Positions 10,493 to 26,864 of a stretch of DNA of 64,000 nucleotides are shown here, in pieces (the stretch's first letter is position 1; each line of letters opens with the position of its first letter). This DNA is from Chara braunii (Eukaryota > Plantae > Charophyceae): NCBI GenBank assembly GCA_003427395.1, contig BFEA01000030.1, forward strand, positions 2,223,722 to 2,287,721. Reading direction: 5' to 3'. The position numbers and the translations under genes were made by a program. The notes under the pieces are model-generated. The model worked only from the letters and a program-made list of their open reading frames with translations, was not told where the DNA came from and made no database searches.

Positions 10493-12376
10493 CAAGCTGT
10501 TCCCTTCAGATAGACCGCGACCTTCAACGCTACACGAAGTGTTAAACCAGTATCGTTTTGAGAATCCTGGGATTGTAAAGGAAGATGGAACCCCCTTCAT
10601 GGCAGACAGCTCTAGAGGGTCCTTCGGAAGAATATGGGTAGAGAAAGGAGTTATCCAGATAAAAGACGTATGGGATCAGACAAGCGGCTGCTGGATGCAG
10701 GAGAATCAGTTGCGGAAGCTACTTCCTCGCTGCCAGAATGTGGAGTGGCATTTTTCGGAGACTAGGAAAGCCATACCGGATTTTTGGATGACTATTCTGC
10801 GGAATGCAAAGGACCCCCAGGCTGGGACCTGGCTAAAAGACCCCGATACACCCGGATCCTTTTTACGGGTGATAGGACCGGAGATCCCTCATGGGACCAA
10901 GGTTCAGGTGTGGCACACATTCACGGACAGAAAATTGATTACATGCTTGAGACATACGGGTAAGAAGGTGGTGGCTTCTACTGGGGTTTTTGAGGAAAGC
11001 AGAATCTGAATCTGGGCGCCAGACCCTGAGGGCAAAGGCAAAATACAAATCTTGTATGAGGATGCCTCGGATATATCAATTGAGCCTCTGCAGTTTGGCT
11101 GGGCAGGCCTAGACTCGCCATCCTCCTTTTCCCCGATTTTTCAATATAAACCAAGATGGGGGGTGAAGATCCTCAGAGCAAAGGGCAAGAAGCAGCCTAT
11201 CTCCATCGCTGTGGAGCGCCTGAGGAAGGAACCTGGATTTGAAGCGGGCTCAGTGGACCTCTCCAAGTTGTGGAAAGCCTTAAAATTTATTCCATCTCAG
11301 AGACAGGCTAGTCTGCAATGGCTACAATGGCTCCTAGCTACTCCATCGGCCAAATGGCTCTCGGACAAAGGTATGGCAGTGGATGTGCAATGTGTTCGCT
11401 GTCAATGGGGGTGGGAGACAGCCACGCATATTTGGCTGTATTGCCCAGTTTCTCTCCAAGTCTGGAACTGGTGGCAAGTTCATCGGCAGAATTGGACTAA
11501 GAGTGAATTCCCCTGGTCCCATGAATGGATTTTGTTTGGGGCCGCTCCGGTTGAAATGGATTTGAACGTAGGATGGGGTTATATTGCATTGGTATGTAGA
11601 GGAGTTATAATGGAAACTATCTGGAGAGGAAGAAACAGGGCAGTATTTAGCAAGGAGAGGTGTTCTTTTCATAGGATGGTGGCTGAGATAAAAAGTCAGA
11701 TTCGATTAGCTATTAAGGTAGATTGGAGGGAATCTAAGAGCCAGGGGGAAAAAAAACACAGGGCTTGGCTGGCCGAAGCTTGGCTCAAAAATAGCCTGTT
11801 AGCCTCTGTCTCCTCGGAAGGAACCTTGAACGTCTGTACCTGGCTGCAGCAGAATATCTTAGACGATGCGGCCAATAGGCCGTGATAGGTGATAGGCCCG
11901 GGTACCTTTTGGGTCATTTTAGGCCTGATGGAAACAAATAGACGGAGCTTGGATAAGGGAAATGGTTGGGGGTTAATTGGTCCGGATACGTTTGTTTTTG
12001 CCTTAGTTGCTTTTGGTGATCACAAATTGTTGTCGGACAGTGTTTTCCTGTGAACCGGAAAAGTTAGTGCCGTGTTAGGCCTGTAGGGTTAGCGGTAGTG
12101 TAAGTAGCTTATCATAAGAAAGTAGGATGTTGATTCGGAGGAATATGTAGAGATAGAATTGTCTTTGTCTCTATGAGGATGCACAGCTACTTCTTAGGAT
12201 AGGCAGTGGTTTTGTTTTTGTGTCTCCAGTGCTCACTGGGTCCTCTTGGTCCCGTAAAAAGCTAAACTGGCTGAGGCTGCCAGGATAACTCCGGGTTGAG
12301 ATGTGAGGTCCCTGGCCTCGTGTGGATTTTATGAATGAAGAAGGTTTTGATTTTTAAAAAAAGAAAAAAAAAAAAA
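10493..12376 (+). mobile_element. 5'-truncated L1-clade LINE (ORF2 C-terminus, 3' UTR, poly-A)
   Basis: TSD AAAGACGAGGAG at 10481-92 and 12377-88; poly-A at 12356-79; zf-RVT-like CVRC..ETATHIWLYC; homologous to ORF2 at 61.9-63.3 kb. Confidence 0.92.
10494..11885 (+). pseudogene. LINE ORF2 C-terminal part with one in-frame stop (11007-09)
   Basis: ORFs 10539-11009 and 11052-11885 are in the same frame; CCHC-type zf-RVT motif and W..RN..F motif. Confidence 0.85.
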
Positions 12377-12446
12377 AAAGACGAGGAGGATGTTTCTCGC
12401 TGATCGTTTTTGTAGTGATTCGTTTTTCGTTTTTGGCGCACTGCAG

Positions 12447-12478
12447 CGATCTGGGCCTTGCTGATCGTTTTCTGGTAG
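12447..12478 (+). CDS. Possible terminal host exon encoding a hydrophobic tail (AIWALLIVFW*)
   Basis: T-rich tract then ctgcag| acceptor; phase-1 reading gives a short TM-like C-terminus. Confidence 0.25.
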
Positions 12479-13073
12479 TCTTGCATCTGTGTAGCACTCT
12501 CCCACAGGCTTGCTTGTGCGCAGATGGGGCACTCTTCTGCCTCTTTCATCCATTATGATAGTCTTGTATGATGACGAGGTGGTATATAGCTCTTACCTTC
12601 TTCCGCTGAAAATAATGCACCCTGTGAATGAATGAATGCAAGCTACATTTCCGGTCTGGTACGACCGTAATGAGGGTGTGTGCTGTGGTCAGGGGAAGAC
12701 GGTTTATTTTGAGTGTGTCCAAGGGGGGCGGAGGGTCGAGGAGGGAGGGAATCGCGTACTACCTCAGTGTGTCCGCAGGTTGGTGTCCGTTTTCCAACGG
12801 ATGGATGTCCGAAGACTCTGAAAGACTACGGCATGTGGTGGATATCGACTTTGGAATATAAAGTCTGGGGCGAAATGGCAAAACCGCCGGTACGTTTCCC
12901 AGCTAGAATAACATTGAAGACGTGGTGTGCCTGCCCCCACATCTCTTGGGAAGCAAGCACTGGGGCGCTGTTTCGCTGGACACCCCGTCCGGACAAAAGG
13001 GGTCCCGCATGTGAGCTGTTTTCCTTGGATGGATGTGTTCCTGCCGTGGACTTTTGCGGGATTGACAGCGCTA

Positions 13074-13173
13074 CCGTCTTCACCCGAATAGAATGCCCGG
13101 TCATTCCAGAGAACTGTATTTGGCACAACTTTCGGTCCAGATGCAGCGATAATGACCGGGCGTTCTAAGACGG
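13074..13173. mobile_element. Tc1/mariner-like MITE with TA TSD
   Basis: ta|ccgtcttc...aagacgg|ta; internal gcccggtcatt/aatgaccgggc. Confidence 0.7.
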
Positions 13174-13242
13174 TAGGTCCCTCGGCACTGACCGGAGGTG
13201 GCGGAGTGTTTGCGATGGTAGGGGTGACGATGGAAAGCGTTG

Positions 13243-14060
13243 TTAAACCACTGCAGCAGTACTTCATAAAGTCGTGCCCGTTAATTAACAAGCCACACAA
13301 TTTTAGGAAACTTACGGGCCACTACAGGAGCGCCCAGATTCATCCGACTAGAAACATTTCTACTCTTTTTTTTTTTCCGCGGCCGATAGCTGGGCAAGTA
13401 CTGGTGGTTTAAACCACCAGTTCACTCGGGGCCGGACGCAACTCACTGCGTGCCAATCTTTGCCCAACTGCTGGCGGCGTACTTGTATTTGTTTTTGGCT
13501 GGCTCCGCCAGCTGTTGTGGCCCGGTAGGCCGCGGAGGTACGGTACGAAATCTCCGGAGTAGGCAAAGAACCATTTTTCCACAAGGCCGGGGCCGTGTAC
13601 TGGCAGTTCGAACCACCAGTCGAAAAAGCTCGTCGACTCGACAAAGCTCGTCGACTCGGGCCGGGGCCGGCAGTGAAGACAGAACTTGGTGAAGGCCACC
13701 ATGAGAAGTCCCAGTTGGGGGCTCATGTGCCTTGGGTTCGTCAACTCAAACTTCGACTGAACTGGTGTTTTACACCGCGAGTACCTATACCACGTTTTTA
13801 GGCAGTGGGTGAACCGCTGCGTCGCGCGGGTCTGTGTGCGTGCATTTGCGTCAGAGGGGGTGTAAGACCCCCTGAGGTACCGGTGTTCTAAACCACCGGC
13901 ACGTCTCCCAGCCATATTTCTCCGACGCGGCTGCACGCCCGCTACAACTTCCGGGAGTGGGCTGCCGCAGTAAAATGGCTGGCTCCACCAGCCAAAAGTA
14001 TGCCTGGACCTGGTCTTTTTTTTCTTGGCACGCAGGGCACATTTCAAGTGCGGTGGCTTT
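13243..14060. mobile_element. Array of five head-to-tail TIR units with palindromic junctions
   Basis: Junction cores at 13243 (TTAA), 13409 (TTAA), 13608 (TCGA), 13770 (TTAC) and 13888 (CTAA), flanked by GTACTGGTGGT/ACCACCAGTAC variants. Confidence 0.7.
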
Positions 14061-14159
14061 TCACGGGCAAGCGAAGTTGGACAAAGGTGTGTGTTCAATA
14101 ACGAAATTGATCTTCATATATTATTTGTCTTTGAATCGAAACTTCCGTCTGACAAAGGT

Positions 14160-14533
14160 GTGTGTATTCACGATTTGCAATTTGCAATTTGAACTCGTTA
14201 CCTGTTTGCTAACAGTTGCTTGTGTAGTGTTCGTCCATATGGGCTCCCCTTTTTTTTTTTTTGTAGGGATAATTTGTGAAATAAGTTGAGTGTATTCACG
14301 GTTTGCACTTCACAATTTGAACTCGTTACCTGTTTGCTAACAGTTGCAGGTGTAGTGTTCGTCCATATGGGCTGCCTTTTTTTTTTTTTTTTTTTTTTTT
14401 CTTCAGGGGATAATTTCAATTAATTTGTAAAATACCGCCATAAGTTGAGTGTATTCACGGTTTGCACTTAACAATTTGAACTCGTTCCTGTTTGCTAACA
14501 GTTGCAGGTGTAGTGTTCGTCCATATGGGAATA
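14160..14533 (+). repeat. Three tandem ~125-160-bp repeats that include the left end of the adjacent MITE
   Basis: gtgtattcacg..caatttgaactcgtt..cctgtttgctaacagttgc..tgtagtgttcgtccatatggg occurs three times. Confidence 0.85.
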
Positions 14534-14909
14534 GGGATAATTTGTAAAATGCCCGCATAAGTTGAGATACATGCCAAAAATGCCCCTAAAAGATGTGGGT
14601 AAAGCGGAATGACCGAAAAAATATTTTGTGAAATACCCCTGGCGTCAGTTGGACTCACAGCTTTGCAATATATCCCTACCGGGTACCGTCCAACTTTGCG
14701 AAATGCCCCAGTACTTGCCAACTTCTCCCAGGGGCTATTGCAAAAGGCCAAGGCCCAAACCGGGATGTCCAGATTGCAAAGTTGCACACCCGTCTGACAG
14801 GGGCACACCACAAGGATTTTGGCCCAAAAGGGCATTCCGCTCTACCCACATCTTGCAGGGGCATTTTGGCACAAATCTCAACTTATGAGGGTATTTTGCA
14901 AACTATCCC
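14534..14909. mobile_element. Mutator-like MITE with ~80-bp TIRs
   Basis: gggataatttgtaaaat..cataagttgagat..gccaaaa..agatgtgggta..gcggaatg is inverted at 14833-14909. Confidence 0.7.
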
Positions 14910-15225
14910 TTTTTTTTTATAGCACCACCTTTTCTTGTTGTCGAAACAGGGCCACCGCCTCGAGATATCGTCCTCTCTCTTGATCCAGCCCATGTGGATG
15001 CTGATAAGCAGAACAAGGTCGAAGCCGGATGGATGGAATCAGATTAAGTGAAATTTCTCTGAAATATTCGGAGGCAGTCGGCGCAATGATGATGCATCTC
15101 TTCTTTATTCTCTTCTTCTTCGTCGTCTTCTTTCGGTCAAACAGCTTCGCTCTCTGGTTTTGGCCCAAAAATGAAGGAAGTACAAAACGACGGCAGCATG
15201 GTAAAATTTAAACAAGCGCAAAATG

Positions 15226-15283
<58 letters not shown>

Positions 15284-15293
15284 GGGGAGGGGT

Positions 15294-15324
<31 letters not shown>

Positions 15325-16544
15325 GGGGGGAGGGAGAAGGAGAAGAAAGGAGCCTAACAATGGGAGGTGTGACCAGATATACTGGCCTCTATTCTATCTC
15401 TGTTTCCATAATTTCCATAGCCCCGAGTTTTTTATGCCGATTGATCTTTTTTATCCTTTTATTTTTGCAATGATGATTGAAGCGTGGGCGAAACGAAGTT
15501 GAACCACCAGTACTTGGGCCAGCTGTCGGCCGTGGGCTTGTTCGTTAACGCGCTGGGCTGCCGGTGGGTCGGGCAGTGAACGCCCGGTTGCCCTGAAAAG
15601 AAGTGAAAAGACAGGAGAATAAGAAGAAAAAAAAAGGGGATAGTAGTCTGAGAGGCTGTGGAAACGCTGGTAGAGTAGTACGAAATAAATGAATCATTCT
15701 ACTGAAAGTGGTGATTTTCATGATTTTTTTTTTTTTTTTGCTCATCTTTTAGTCCCCTGCCAGTGAGGCAGGGCGTGTGTTCCGTGATCTGCTCCAATGG
15801 GCGTACTCACACTGAGACATCGAAGAATGTATCCAACCAATATTAGGACCGCAGGGATGTTTCTTTTATTTTTGTTTTCTTTCATTTATTTCGTTGATTC
15901 TTTTCTTTTTTTTTTTCTTTTTTTTTTTTAACCATTCAGATTCATTTCACGAGAACAAGTTGTCTGAAGCCTGGGTCCTCACAATTCAACCCGGAGTTTT
16001 CCCGGCAGCATCAGCCGGTTTGGCTTTTTACAGGACCCCAAGGGACCCGGATTCCACATGTAATCACATTCACTGAACTGAGAAGAAGAAGCTTAATTCC
16101 ATTCCTGACCAACAGTCGTTCAGCCCGTGTCATTGGGCCTACTGCACCGAAATCCCCCTACTCCCCTCACCTCCGTTCTCCCCTATCCTATCTGCGTATC
16201 CTATCTACCTATGTACGTATTAAATCTACCTACTGTACCCCGCCCAAAACTCCCCTACTCTGACATCCAGACATCCTCTACGAACGCTTGAATCCCCTAC
16301 ACCCCTACTCGGTTAACTCCCAACAGGCCGGTACCTCGACCCTCAGTACCGCCCCCCGAGTCCAATACGACTCAGCTTCTACTCTGTCTCCTCTGTAGCC
16401 CGTGGCTTCGGTCCTCCTGCGAACCTATACGCAGGACCGAGGAGCCAGGTCCTTATTTTGTTAATTCTGGAATTTCTGAGAACACAGAGACGCTTCTTTT
16501 CTTTTTTTTGTCTTTTTGTGCTCTCCGAGTCTAGATCCTGACAA

Positions 16545-17217
16545 CTATGTTCTTCGCCTGAATACAACGTATGGTCATGATAGCTGTATCTAGACAGAAA
16601 GATGCCTCAAATACAGCTATAATGACCGTACGTTGTATTCGGGGGAAGAAGGTAGGGAACGGTGCTGATACACCCTCACGAGGAGCGTGGTCCCACTGCC
16701 GTCTTCCCCCGAACATAACGCACCCTGAAAAGGAAAGAATACAAGGTATGTTTCCGGCCAGGTACAGTCAGAATGAGGGTGCGTTGTGTTGGGGGGAAGA
16801 GGGTAGCAAAAAGGATAGGATCGAGCTCCTGAATCTGGATGTGTTTTAAGCACAGATGCAGAAAAGCAGTTCAATCTTGATACCCTGCCCATTTCCTTAA
16901 ACTCGCCCAGATTCAGGCATTCGATCCGATCCTCTTTGCTAGTGGGACCACGCCCCAGGGGCACGCTCACACTACGACTTGGGAGAATATATGGAACTGC
17001 TTTCACGTCCCTACCGTCGTCCCCAGAACACAACGCACCCTTATTTTGGCTGTTTCTGGCCGGCAATATAGCTTGTATACATTCATTTCTAGGGTGCGTT
17101 ATGTTCGGGGGAAGACGGTAGCGTTGTTTCTCTTTTTTTCTTTTTTAAGCTACTGGGTTTTTTCTTTTTCTACGGTAGCGTTATTTTTAGGGTGCGTTAT
17201 GTTCGGGGGAAGACGGT
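16545..17217. mobile_element. Cluster of Tc1/mariner-like MITEs (16545-16652, 16699-16803, 17014-17118, partial 17190-17217) plus foldback MITE 16804-16961
   Basis: Repeated ccgtcttcccccgaa..aacgcaccct / agggtgcgtt..ttcgggggaagacgg|ta TIRs. Confidence 0.7.
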
Positions 17218-17464
17218 TTTTTCTTTTTTTCTTTTTTAAGCTACTGGGTCTTTTTTTCATTTTTAGGCCGCCTCGGCATACCGGTCACCCGAGGGTTGGC
17301 CTGCATAGCTGGGCCTAGTGCTTGTGGTTTAAGGTGGACTCCATATTCATGAGTTGTGACTCAAAACTATAAGAGCATACTCACAGTAGCTCTTTTTCAC
17401 TTGTTTCTGGATGGAATTGCGGCCAGGTGCATACACGTCCAGATGTAAATGCGGGCAGATAAAT

Positions 17465-18160
17465 TTAAGCCAACAGTACATTTCCCAGGCATTTTTAGCC
17501 TATGCCGCAATGCGTACTACCGCGAGTTTTGGGGGTTGGCCTACAGAGCAAAAGGGCTGGCGGCGCCAGCCGAAAGAAGTGCTGCACTGCTTTTTCTTTT
17601 TTTGGCGTGCAGTCAGTGCAAGGCTTGGCACTGCACGCCCGCGCAAGTAGTTGAGTAGTTTAAAAGTTAAAACCACCAGTACTTGGGCCAGCTATCGGCC
17701 GTGGGAAAAAAAATAGAGTAGAAACATTTCTAGTCGGATGAATTTGGGTGCTCCTGTAGAAGCCTGCCCGTACGTTGCCTAAAATTGTGGCGCGTTAATG
17801 GGCGTGACTCTAGGAAGTACTGGTGGTTTAGCTATCGGCCGCGGAACTTCCCCGTTAACGTGCCGCGCCTTTAGGGCTTCGGGGTACCGGACCACAATGG
17901 CTGGAAGCGCCAGCCAAAAAAAAATCGAAAAGGTATCCCGGCGCTTCGGCAAAATTTGGCGTGCAGGGGCACTCAAGGCTCGGCATCGATAGCTGGGCCA
18001 AGAACTGGTGGTTTAAGCAACCGCTACCCCCGCAGAAAGCGGTACGGCGGCGACTGTTAACGGGGCCTAAAGTCGACTTCCCGGGGAGGTAGGGCCGCAG
18101 AAAGTGGTACGGCGGCGATCGTTTTTTTTCGGAGTGGGACGGTTCCCGGTGGTGGTGCTC
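17465..18160. mobile_element. Array of about four TTAA-bounded TIR units
   Basis: Junction cores at 17465, 17660/17667, 17828 and 18013; unit 17672-17827 is a close copy of 9888-10040. Confidence 0.65.
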
Positions 18161-18749
18161 TCCCCTTGAGGTGAAACTCAGGGGGGCGACGCTCCGGTGA
18201 CAGTGGGGGGGGGAGAGTGTTTCCATAGCCTCTGCTGCTACTCGATGAAGGGTGGGGGACGATGAGAAAGGGAGGCACAGCTACTGGCAGCTCTCGGTCT
18301 TTTTGTTAGCCAGACCCCCACTGGCGGCTCCAACCCTATACCCTAACCATTAGGGGCAAGGGGCAACATGAAATCTCTCCTTCACAGAGAGAGGAAACTA
18401 TGCTTGCAGGGGTCCCCTCTAGATAATCTTACGAGTAGGGGTCTCGTTAGACACTCCTAAAAGTGCCTGTTTTTAGGATTGCGTCTTGGTTGCACGCAAT
18501 CCTAAATCCAATTTTGAGATCGAAAATGTGAAAACGGCGTTAGGATGAGTCCTAAAGGATTTAGGATTTCCCAGGCGAAATTGTCCTAAATTTTCCAGTA
18601 GCCCCCGACCTACTGAAAAATTTAGGATTCCCGCGTTTCACGCACTCGTTGCGTCACGCGCATGGCACCGTCAACACGGAGTTGCTGGTGCAGAAGCGGT
18701 CCGTCGGGTCAGTGGTCAGACATCGGAGGTTTTCTGCGGGTTGACGTGG

Positions 18750-22656
<3,907 letters not shown>

Positions 22657-22675
22657 ACCTGCCCACACCCCATTT
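22657..22675 (-). other. Polypurine tract
   Basis: Minus strand AAATGGGGTGTGGGCAGGT immediately precedes the 3' LTR. Confidence 0.7.
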
Positions 22676-22966
22676 CTCGCCGTCCCCGATGAGTTCTAGT
22701 GACCCCTAAGCCCTTTTCCCACACCCAAGGGCCCCCCTTTTCCTTTCTTGACTAATTATGGTACAGTCCCGTCATATTCATTCCTTTGGAGCTATGATAC
22801 ATATTTCTTCCAACTATGGTACAATCCCCCTTTCCCCCAAGGAATGCTACACTCGTCCCCTTCTCTTCTTCCTTTTCTCTCGCCTTTCTTTCTTTCGTTT
22901 TCTCTCTTCTCTCTCGCGTCTGACTCTCAAGGCTTTCCTCGAAGCGCTCCTCCTCTCCCCCCACCT

Positions 22967-25900
22967 TCATTTGTCTAAATGGTCGGTATCCCCGTCATCT
23001 TCCCTTGGCCGTTTCCTCCTTCTAGGGGTCTTCGGCAGGGGAGGTTTCCGAACCTTGTACCCCCTCTTTGGAGACCGAGAAGAGGCTCCCTGCCTCGAAA
23101 TCTCTCCCTTCTCGTCGGTGGCAGTCACTTCCGCGTCGGTCGCCTCCTTGCCCTTCCTTTTTGACTCCTCTCTAAGGCTTTCTCTGCATCGAAAAAGTTT
23201 GAGGCGGGCCCCCGCGATAGGGTCTTGTAACCTAGTCCCGTCCAATTCGGCAAGGAGGTACGCCCCCCTATCCAATCTCTTTTGGACTCGGTACGGCCCC
23301 ATCCACCTGTTGGGTAGCTTCCTGCTCCAAGTTTTCTCCAGCGACGAGTCGTACATTAGGACAAGATCGCTAGTCCCTATTGCCGTTTGACGGACCCGCA
23401 AATTCTTGTCCCACCTTTCCTTCCCTTTTATCCTCTCCTTCTCAATGTTCTTTCCTGCCTCGGCAAGCCTGACGTCCAGGTTCTCAACTATTTGTTGTAT
23501 CCTCGCCTCCAATAATTCCCCCCTTGTCATGTTAATCTTCCATGAGACACTCGTCCAAGTGTCGACGTGGAACTCGATGGGCAAGGGGCAATGTCTACCG
23601 AACCAAAGGGTGTAAGGAGGATAACCCGTACTCGATTTAACCGTGATGTTATCCGCCCAAACTGCATAACGCAAATACTTTGGTCATTGTTCCGCACGTC
23701 CTTTGCACCATTTCGCCAAGGCGTCTACAAGGGTTTGGTGACCTCTTTCGATCGGAGCGTTGCTTTGGGGGTGATAGGCGGTTGTGTAGGCCGCCTTAAT
23801 CCCTGCCTTCTCCAATATCACCTTGACCCTTTGACTTAGGAATTTCGTCTCCCTACCCATAACTATCTTTCCGACGCAACCGTACCGGGCAATGTACTCC
23901 AAGAAAAAGTCACTCATCTCCTCGGCCGTCTTCTTCTTAATAGCTATAACCTCCACGAATCCGGTGAGGACATTGCGGGCATTGATTACGTACCGAAGCC
24001 TGCCGACTCCTTTAGGCATGGTTACTAGGTCAACATGGACCTTTTCGCCGGGCACAGTGGGGAGCGACGGAACAAGGGGTTCCTTGTAGCGAACTGTCGC
24101 CCTCTTTTGCCACACCTCATAGGTCGCACAATACTTCTCTATTTCTCCGTACTGCCCATCCCACCAATAGAGTCTGCGGACCTTATCAAAAGTCCCTTTT
24201 ATCCCCCTATGTCCTCCGACGACTCCGTCGTGCAGCTCTTCTATGACCGCTCTCCTTTCCTCCGGATCGCAAAGCACCCTCATGGGAATTGCAAACTTGG
24301 TTGGTCTCTTAAAGAGGTGCCCTCCTGTTAGGCAGTACCCGAGCGCTTCTTTCTTAATCACCTTGGTACCTTCCCCCCGGCCTACTAGGTATAGTCCTAT
24401 GTCGAGGTACTTCCCGTCGTAGAGGTTAGCGAGGAACGTCCCAGGGCTCCCACCTTCCTCTCGGTTGGTCACCCCCACTTGCGCTTTGTTAGCAACCACT
24501 TGGATCACCTCCTCCTCGGGCATTGCTGCCCTTGCTTCCTCCATCCTCGGATAATCCTCCTCTCTGATCGGGAGTCGGGACAGTTCGTCGGTGACCTGAT
24601 TTTTGGCCCGGAGATCCTCTCGACCCTATAATCGTAGAGTCCAATATGGATCATCCATCTAGCGATGGTCGGGTCGATAAGCGAGAAGTCCTTTTGAAGG
24701 ACAAGCGCTACCGCGGTCGGGTCCACTCTCAGGAGGAAACGTCTCCCGTCGATGTAGTGACGGAAGGTTTTTAGGCAATGTAACACCTAATAAGGACTTC
24801 TCGCTTATCGACCCGACCATCGCTTTTTGAATTGGCTATAATTCCTCTCGGCGGGATTCAAGGCCCGACTCTCAAATCGGAGGGGCCTCTCCTTCCCGTT
24901 TGGATCCTTATGCGACAAATGTCCTCCTAATAAGGTCCCGCGTCCGTCGAAACTATAAAGGGGCGGTTCTCCTCGTCCTCGAAGAAAGGAACCCCTAAGA
25001 CTTGTCCACCTTCGCGGAATTCCTCCTTAAGGGCTTCCATGGCCGCGGCCTGCTCCTCTCCCCAGATCTATTCCTCAACTTTCCTAAGCAACCGCCTAAG
25101 GGGTTCTGCCTTCTTACTGTAGGTCATTATAAAGATTCTCCAGTAGCCCATCACCCCTAGAAATTGTCTAGCCTCCGTGATTGACTTAAGTGGCGACGAC
25201 CAGGTCGTCAACTTTTCTGAGCTAGCGGGATCAGGTTCGGCCATCCTTGTCACTGATGAAGCCCAATATTTTGATCGCCGACACTCCCCAGCGGCTCTTT
25301 GTCCCGCTCACAGTAAGGTTGGCGTCTTCTAATTTTGCAAGGACTTCCCCGACATCCTTCATATGGTCCACCACGAACTTTCTCACTCCGGGTAAGACCT
25401 CCATCTCGTCCCGTTCGACCGACCCTTTTATCGAGAAGTCGTCTAGGAAGATATCCACCTTTTCAGGTATGAACTCTTTGAGGACCGCGATCATGGCTCT
25501 TTGAAATACTGCGACGCCGTTCGTCCACCCCATCGGTACCACCATTATTTGGACGAGCCCTAGAGGCGGTCAGGTGTCTATCTCGGTAGTCCAAGGGGAT
25601 CTCATCATAGCCCGAGAAGAGATCGCAGATCGAGTAGATCGAGCGACCTGCCGACCCTTCCGCAAGGTGATCAGCCTCAGGTATGGACCCCACGACCCTT
25701 ATAGTGACCGCGTTGGTCCTTTGGAGGTTTTGAATCCACCTCAATTTATTGCTACCTCCTTTTCTCAAAAAGAACCATTTGTTGGAGTAGGCACTTTCAC
25801 AAGGTTCGGCGACGAATGTCCTTATCTTTTCTTTGATGAAGACCACTATCTCCTCCTTCTCCTTTTGAGCATACTTCCACTGGGATCTATCTTTCCAAGG

Positions 25901-26864
25901 TACTCGAGGTATCGTATGGATTTGGGCGGGCTTAGCGTACCTCGGGTTGTCTCCGAGTCATCGAAGGCTATGACCTTATCGCAGCCCCTTAGGGTCATCG
26001 CTACGTACTCCTTCTCTTCCCCCATGAGGTTCCCATCTCCTATATCCATTTTTGCCAACCTATTGGCCGTAATTCTTTGTCCCTCGGTCTCTTTCCTTTT
26101 TCGGATGATATTGACGATTTCCTCCTCCGATATCGAAGTTTCCTCCGTTCTATCCCAACTGACTGCAACGGGTTTCACTTTCTCAACCACGGTTTTATGT
26201 TTCTTGACTTCGCCGACTAGGGGGATTCCTCCAGAAAAGACAGCCTTACGTATCCACCGAACTCCTCTTCCTCGTCCTCTTTCTCGTATCCTACCCGATT
26301 GATCACAACCCGGCCCCCGACATCCTCGACATGTATTTGGTTCCCCGAGGGTCCCTTATCAGCTAAGGGTGACTCTTCTAGACGAACTGGGCACACCCTT
26401 GACTGGGCTTCCTTCCACCTTGGAATACTGGTCCGGTTCCGCTCATCTTGAGCGTCCACAGTTTTTAGGACCACTCGGATCCCATCCAGACTCTGGATCG
26501 AGAGGGTCTGACTCCGGTCCGGAAGGTCAACCGTGGTTGTGTGGACTGCGCTCAGCCAAGTTTTCCCTAGGATCAATTCGGAGGAACACTCCCTTACCAA
26601 GAATATCGGGACCGTGGCTTCGACGTCGGCGACCTCGATCATGGGGTTATGACACACCCCCTCGGCCGGCTGCAGCTTGTTATCCGCAACTACCATCGAC
26701 ATGGACACCCCTCTATCTACTTCTAAACCTAACTCCCTGGCAATGGAGTCTCTACACACCGTGGATTCGGACCCGTTATCCACCAGAGCCCTCATCTTCT
26801 TTCCACTCATCACTGCTTGGAGTTGGCCGCTCCCTAATACATAGAACCTTTTGATCTTCTCTCC
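22967..26864 (-). pseudogene. pol: pol (aspartic protease, RT, RNase H, integrase) with stops and frameshifts
   Basis: ALVDNGSE (PR); ICDLFSGY, PMGWTNG, IFLDDF (RT); FIVSTDAG (RNase H); H..GGHRG, VHVDL, PQSNAPIER and WMGPY (IN, GPY/F); basic tail, no chromodomain. Confidence 0.95.

Noticed and set aside
13243-14060. CRISPR array
   Set aside because: Spacers are 100-190 bp, related to each other and to dispersed copies; repeats are degenerate; no cas genes; eukaryotic context.
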